A DNA stretch of 63,765 nucleotides, filler included, from Klebsormidium nitens (Eukaryota > Plantae > Klebsormidiophyceae): assembly GCA_000708835.1 (NCBI GenBank). It is 6 parts of 6 records of this genome, joined end to end, with 100 filler letters (N's around TTAATTAATTAA, not from the genome) between each part and the next. Parts side by side here need not be neighbours in the genome. Positions count along the whole stretch, not along the records: positions 53,659 to 61,612 come from DF237324.1; positions 61,713 to 63,765 come from DF238754.1; 4 more parts are not named here. One strand, written 5' to 3'. Under the pieces are notes generated by a model that was not told the origin of the DNA, did not search any database, and saw nothing but the letters and a program-made list of their open reading frames with translations. Made by a program: the position numbers and the translations under genes. Shown one piece after another: positions 57,592-63,765 of this stretch (the first letter of the stretch is position 1; every line of letters begins with the position of its first letter).

Positions 57592-60473
57592 ATGCAAAAC
57601 GCCAACACCCCTTGCTCCCTCGAGCACACCATCGACGCGCCTGCAATCGAGATCCCAGAGACTCTGCCCCCCGAGGAAGAGGATGCTGTGACCCACGGCA
57701 CCCGAGACGTCAGACCTGCGTCATCCAACGGTTTGAGCATCAAGGATGAGATATTGCACCTCGCTGACCACGGACTGTATGGGATCCCGGTGCACATCAA
57801 GATCGATTCTCGTGGCAAGAAGCGGAGCCGGTTTCCTTCCACCTACGCGCACATAGTCACCGTGGACGATTGGCAGGAACACATCGGTACAGTGCTCGAT
57901 GCATTTGAAAACCCCAATGGAGTGGCTATACTGACCGGCACGAGTGGCCTATTCGTCATCGATATTGACGTGGCGGATACCAGCGATAAGAAGTCGGGAA
58001 TGGACTTCTGGCACGGGCAAATCATTGAGCATGGAGAGCCGGAGACACTCTCCGTTCGCACGGGCTCTGGAGGCCTCCATTACTACTTTCGGCTCGACAA
58101 AACCACCGGCTTGCACGAAACTACCAATTTTGCTGGACTCACGCTCGATGGGCAAAAGTTCGGCGTCGACGGCCGCGGCATGGGAGGGGTAATCTTTGCA
58201 CCGCCGAGCAGGTACGGGGAAGGCAAGGATACACGCCGCGAGTACACGTGGGTGGCCGGAGGCGATGGTAAGATCAATGGTATGCCCCCGGGGCTCGTGA
58301 CCTTAATAAACCGAGGGCGCGCCTCGGAAGGGGTTTTGAGAAATGCAAAAAGCCGAGTGCCTCACCATAAGGAAGTCCATTCTGAGGAGGTCACGCCAGA
58401 GGCCGTCGACAACGCAGAGGCTGGCGGCCCCGCGGCCAAGGCGGCTCCGGGCTTGGCGCACGTGGAAGTCAAGCAATTGGTGAGGGAGAAGGCGAAGGAT
58501 TGCTGTTCCTTCTATACCGGCTCGACCATCCTACCGGACGGCAACAGATCGTTTCAGTTTAGGGTCAATGGGCCGCGCCAGTGCTACCTTGGGAAAACGC
58601 ACAGAGGGTCCAACAATTTCACGGTGATTCAAGGGTGCACCGGTGACTTCCAGGAGCTTTCTTACAATTGCTTTGGGTCTGGTTGCTGTGGCAGCAAGCC
58701 GAAGCTACTGGGGCGTCTCACGATAGCCGGTGCTCTCGAGCAAGCTGGGGGTGGTGCTTTTGGGCCCAAGGATCAGCAGCCGTCGAGCCTCACTAAGCTG
58801 GCCGCTAGGTTCTCCGAACCGTTCATGTTGTCAAACGTAAGTAAGAGCGATTTCGGGAGTGCTCTGATATTCAGCAAACTATTCGAGCATGACAGGCGGG
58901 TCGTGTATGACTCAGGGAGATTTTGGACGTGGGATGCAACGAGTTGGGTGCCCTCCGATATGGAGGCAACTCTGCTGAAGACCTCGTTCATGTACCACAT
59001 GGGACGGGTCAAATCCTTTTGGTGCGATCGCCTAGAACGAGATGCTGCAGAAAGGGTTCAGCCGTTGACTACTCGCAGAGACAATGCTGTGAATGAACTA
59101 CAATCTAGGGCCCCGCAGAGTGCGGACAATAACAAGAAGGACGTCTTGAAGGCCATCGAAAAGGCAGAGAAAGCTATCATGGCAGACTTCAAGACGGAGC
59201 TGGATAAGATACCCAAACCGGTGTGGCATGGGGCTGAAGTCGAGTCTGTCCCAATCGCTCACAGGTGTCTCATTCCTCTGAAAGTGAATTTACGTGTGCG
59301 GGATTTTGCAAGCTCGCTGAATGCCAATCGGGACTACTTGAACACCACATGTGGCGCCATCGACCTCCGAACGGGGGAGCTCGTTGCTCACCATCCAAGC
59401 AATATGCTCTTAAAAGAGATTGGCACCCTTTATGAGGGTGCCAGTTACCCATCGCCGCTCATTGATCAATTCATGGCTGAGGTGCTGTCCGAGGACATAG
59501 TTCCCGTTATGCAAATGACGCTCGGGTATGGCATCACTGGGCACAGCAAGGAAAAGCAATTCATCGTCATGCATGGCCCTACGAACAGCGCAAAGACAAA
59601 ACTCGTCACCATGGTCCGAGAGTGTACCGGACCTTATTGCGTTTCTATGGCCCGAGATTGCGTCATAGGCGCAGGTCAGCACTCAGAAGGGGCTGCCACG
59701 CCGCATCTTCTTATGCTCGATGGAGCGCATATTGCTGTCCTCGAAGAGACTGAGGACTCGGATATATACAATGGAGCATCGGTTAAGGCAATCGCGTCCG
59801 GCGATGGAAGCATGACGGTGAGGGGGCTGCACAAGGACCCCGTTGAAGTCACTATGAGGTGCCTACCGATCATATGCACCAATTCATTGCCAAAGTTCAA
59901 TGCAGGAGATACGGGTACCCTCAACAAGCTGAGGATCTTTCCGTTTGAGCACGAGTTCGTGGAGAACCCGAGGCCTGGAACCAACCAGAGATTACGAGAC
60001 ACCGATCTCATGGACAAGATCAAGACCCCCGAATGGAGGAAGCAGATGCTAGCTTGGCTCGTGCGCGGCAGCATGAAGTGGTACGAGCCCCGGGCACTCT
60101 ACCGACGGTCGAAGAGTTGCCTCCGGCCATGGGCAAGGCACTCGAGAGCTATTCGAATGACAACGACCACTTTGGGAACTTCATCATGGACGGATGCATC
60201 ATACAGCCGAGCCAGAGGTGCCATGTGAGGCCTCTGAAGGAGGCGTACGAGATATACATGGGCAGACTCCAACGTCCGATGGTCGAGAACGACTTCAAGA
60301 CTCTGATGAGGCAACTCATCCCAAATGGGGTCGTGTACTCGCTCGGCGTGAAAATCGAGCGAATCAATACCACCGGCTACAGAGGCATAGGGCTGCTCGA
60401 CCCGAACGAAGAAGCATGGGACTTGGAGGGGGAACAACAGGCGGCAGACGAGCAAGTCGCGAGAGGTAGGTGA
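57592..60473 (+). CDS. Prim-Pol (AEP) primase + D5-like SF3 helicase, with a 1-nt frameshift near 60090
   Basis: Prim-Pol motifs GLFVIDID, RTGSGGLHYYF and DGRGMGGVIFAPPS; D5_N-like YLNTTCGAIDLRTG; Walker A HGPTNSAKT; Walker B AVLEE; motif C ICTNSLP. The C-terminus YSNDNDHFGNFIMDGC...GYRGIGL continues in ORF 60033-60473. Confidence 0.92.
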
Positions 60474-60760
60474 GGTAGGTGGAGGTAGGTGCAAAGGTAG
60501 GTGTCGAAAAAAGTCCGTTCTCCGAATGATTTGCGTACTGTTTTGTTACTAGGTAGGTAAAGTAGTTATAAATTTCTTTTTTTATATATAGAAGAGAAAA
60601 GGATTTCCTTCCGATCCTCCTCCACCAATTGCTTTTTTTTTTTCTGTATACATAAAGAAAAGTTGGAAGATAACTACCTACCTACCTCAACTACCACCTG
60701 AATTCATCGACTGATCATAGGACTGGAACCCTGTAGGACTGCAACTACCTCAACTACCTC
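60464..60760. promoter_or_regulatory. Candidate replication origin: convergent iterons around an AT-rich core
   Basis: AGGTAGGT occurs at 60464, 60473, 60483, 60495 and 60551. An AT-rich core spans about 60559-60672. Reverse-oriented CTACCT/CTACC copies follow at about 60674-60695 and 60745-60759. Confidence 0.55.
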
Positions 60761-61609
60761 CCTAAGAGCACTGCCCTAAAGGCCTCGCTCCACAGCCTCG
60801 CCGGCACGGCTATGGACAACTTGGCGTCGTCTACCCTGCTCAGGTCGAGGTTGAAGCCGCTCAGCAGGATTGGGAGGAAGACCATTAGACTCTGGAGCCC
60901 AGAGTACCACCCAAGCACCCGGAACTTCTTTAGAAAGCTGTTCACGCTCTCAACGGCAGAGGTGTTGACCCATCGGAGGGCGTCGTAGTACTCGGTGGCG
61001 TTGCTCGGGCCGCACTTGTGCACCTCTGCCCCGGCTTTCGCATAATGAAACCTGCATGGAAGCGAACGGCGCATGAACAAACGCACAATCGTAACACCTT
61101 CACCCTTTGCTGGAATGACTCGATCTGTGCAGGAATCGACCTGCAGAAGCCGAAGCTTTTGATTGAGCAGACGCTTACCTGTCAACGACGAAGGTGACAT
61201 CGGAGAAGAACGCCGGCTCGCGGCGCATGCAGTAGTTCCTCAGCTGGCATGCGTTGTCATAAACAACGAATTTTGGGAGATCCTCCCGGTCCTTGCGCGT
61301 GTACAAAACCGCGAACGCATCGCGGGGGCTCTCCCCCCGGAGGAAGAAGTGGAAGCCCGAGATGACCCGGTGCGGACAACAGAAGAGGAAAGCACCCCGG
61401 CTGCGGTGGGGGCGCTTGCCCTTCTTCGTCGACTTGCTCCCCCCCTTGACCAGCCCGGGGACGTTTGCGGCGTCCCACTCGCCCACCGTCTGCCCGGTAG
61501 CGCATTTGAACTCCTCCGACGTCCTGCTGCGCCCGTCCTCGTGCTCGAAGGACGTGTATCGCGGCAAGCCCCGTCGCTGTTCCCACCCCGGCAGCGCGTA
61601 GTGCCCCAA
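60754..61609 (-). mobile_element. Kyakuja-Dileera-Zisupton (KDZ) transposase, C-terminal part; intron 61180-61052; 5' end lost in the gap
   Basis: GAFLFCCPHRV, FVVYDNACQL, VDR|FHYAK...HKC and NTSAVESVNSFL are the KDZ motifs. The splice is GACAG|GTAAGC...CATGCAG|G. Confidence 0.85.
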
Positions 61610-62327
61610 CCCNNNNNNNNNNNNNNNNNNNNNNNNNNNNNNNNNNNNNNNNNNNNTTAATTAATTAANNNNNNNNNNNNNNNNNNNNNNNNNNNNNNNN
61701 NNNNNNNNNNNNGGGGATCATTCGAAGTGCGAATTCCCAACCAGCCAGCAGAAATGTCTTGAGCAGAAATACAACATTTTTACAGAGCAAGCGCCTCCAT
61801 CCGAGAATGCCTGCAACCATGCTTTCCGCACATGGTTGCCGTATGTGTGTCTAGTTATCCCGCCAGCGCTTCGCTTAAGCTGGCCAACCGTCACAGTGGT
61901 ATCAGAGGGTAGAGTTCTGGTCTCTTCGCACAGATTGGATTGGGTCCAAGTCGGACGACGAGCGCCTTTCGTCATACCTCGACAGAGTAACGGATCTTTG
62001 TTTTAGTATCTCGGAGTTGAGATTGAAGAAAAGCTCTGAAGGGGAGGTTGCGAAGCCTTCCACAAGTGCGAGTCTACTCAGCGCAGAGGCACCGGCGTTT
62101 ACTCCTGCAAGCAAGGGGAAGGAGCACTGCAGGTTTCTGGGGACCAGGAAAGCAATCTGCTGTTTTTGAGGATTGGGAGAGTGTTCCTATTTTGCCTTTT
62201 GAGAGTGTTTCACTTGCAACCAGTTACAGTCAGGTTGCTGGGTCTAGCTCTCAGGCGCTTTTTGTTACTCCTGTGAGGAGAACTGTAAGGGCACAGTCTG
62301 TTGAATCTGCCGAGTCGGGGATCACTA

Positions 62328-63448
62328 TGGCTGCAGCTGGGGGGTGGTGTTCCACCTGTTCCTCCGCCTCCTCCGCCAGTGGCACCGAACTTTGCCAGCT
62401 GTACGGGTCCTCAGTTTGAGGCGTACTGGCAAGCTCTTGGTACTGATGGTGAAAGGATTGCGGCTGAAACACTGGCTCTGACGATTCAGAATGCTCCAGT
62501 GACGTTGGTTGTGTTGACTCATCAGAATGAGCGCAACTAGGCTCGCGTCGCGAATCTGAACAATGCTTTGGGCCGTGCCCAGAACCAGATCGCTGCTGCA
62601 AATGCCAACGCGATAGCCAGGGCTGCTGCTCCCTCGAGATTCGAGAACAAGGAGAGTGGTCCTGACATTCGTCAGTGGTTGCCTATGATTGAGGAGTATC
62701 TCAATGCTACGCCCAATGCAGAGTATCTGCGTATTGCGTCTTCCTACCTTAATGAGAAGCCGAGGTCCTACTGGATGTCGGCTTGGGAGGCATGGCAGGC
62801 AGCCAACCCTGCAGCGTATCCTGGAAGTGCAGTCCCGGGTCCATTTATTGGAAACGCTCGTGCGTTCTTCCGTGAGACCATGATCAGGGGCTATGGTCCC
62901 CGTACTCCCATTCAGTCTTATTGGGATACCTGGAACAAGTTGTCCCAGAGGTCCAAGAGTGTGGATGACTACAATATCGAGTTTCACTAGGCCATGGTTA
63001 ATCTTCGTGAGGAGATCACTGGAGAGGCTGTCAAGATCGAGAAGTATCGGTCTCGACTTCAGCCTGACATCAGGGAGATGTGTCGTACGTCCCCCACTGG
63101 TCAACGTTGGGCTACGCTCAATGAGAAGGGTAGTATGCAACGCTGATGTGGCCTATTGTGGCTGAACGTTTGGCGAAGCGTAAGTCTTCCCAGCCTGCCA
63201 AGTCGGTGGGTGGTAAGCGCAAGGCCTCAGAAAGTGGTTATGGACGTTCGTCCAAGGCCAAGTTGTCGGCAGCTCTTACTGATGAGCAGTATGCCAACGA
63301 TATGGAAAACCGCTTGTGCCACAAGTGTCACAAGCCAGGCCATATTGCCCGTGATTGCGAGAAGGACGTTCCAAGTGGAAGCCAGAGCAAGGGCAAGGGC
63401 CAGAAGAAGGGTAACAAGAAGTCGGAGAAGGGTTTTCAGAAAGTCTAG
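62328..63448 (+). pseudogene. Decayed Ty3/Gypsy-type gag with CCHC knuckle; no pol within the window
   Basis: DIRQWLPMIEEYL...WNKLSQRSKSVDDYNIEF and CHKCHKPGHIARDC. In-frame TAGs at about 62538 and 62988, plus a frameshift near 63130. Confidence 0.8.
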
Positions 63449-63765
63449 CCAACATAGGACAGTTGCCTAGTCAGGAGAACTCTGTATTGGATCTGACAGA
63501 ATAGGACTTCCTGAACATTTCAAATGTTACTTGTCGTATGTTTGAAATGGGAGTTCAGCGTTCAGAAGATTCCATCTCCACAGATGTAGGTCCTATTTCA
63601 GCTTTTCTGTCATCGTCTATGGCAAGCAAGCATGTGTGGATAAACGCGAGCTGCCATGCCGGACCAACGGCGCGCCGGAGGAGGCGACGCACGTGGGGCC
63701 GCGGCTGGAGCAGCGGATAAGACGCCGGCAGACGATAGGCTATAGTCCAGTGTATATTCGTATAA

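Noticed and set aside
61718-61975. RHTYG motif suggesting a second tyrosine recombinase (DIRS-like)
   Set aside because: No other catalytic residues appear at the right spacing, and the ORF is short and borders a gap.
1-63765. tRNA, rRNA or other structured ncRNA genes
   Set aside because: None was recognisable by eye; tRNAscan-SE/Infernal would be needed to exclude them.

Overview
Eukaryotic, intron-rich (GT-AG) nuclear DNA from a green alga. It resembles a streptophyte such as Klebsormidium; this is an inference from gene content and intron style. The window is a scaffold of contigs joined by N-gaps, five of which carry the artificial all-frame-stop linker TTAATTAATTAA, so adjacency across those five is not guaranteed. 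(1) 1-9.2 kb is an accessory, immune-like block. It holds a signal-peptide/26-aa-LRR protein apparently joined to an XK/Xkr scramblase-like membrane domain, minisatellites, and an MLKL/RPW8-like four-helix-bundle + WD40 gene split by one stop codon. (2) 9.8-38.1 kb holds conserved spliced genes: RKP/KPC1 SPRY-RING E3 ligase, TMEM115/RBL19, a caleosin with an N-terminal signal-like peptide, LSM5 and a FYVE-START protein. TA-flanked MITEs occur at 21.7 kb and 38.3-39.4 kb. (3) 39.6-47.3 kb is a decayed retrotransposon reading gag - zinc knuckles - about 4 kb unknown region - aspartic protease - C5 cytosine methyltransferase. (4) 48.7-52.5 kb is an orphan multi-exon gene with duplicated exons and a 57-bp coding repeat. 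(5) 53.7-61.6 kb is a compact virus-like element. It has an intact tyrosine recombinase, a Prim-Pol/D5-SF3 primase-helicase, MC1-like and other giant-virus-like ORFs, and an inverted-iteron/AT-rich candidate replication origin just downstream of the helicase; no capsid gene is visible, and a KDZ transposase abuts it. (6) A decayed Ty3/Gypsy-type gag ends the window. The top candidate for an undescribed system is the element in (5). Domain calls come from motif recognition by eye; no database search was run.
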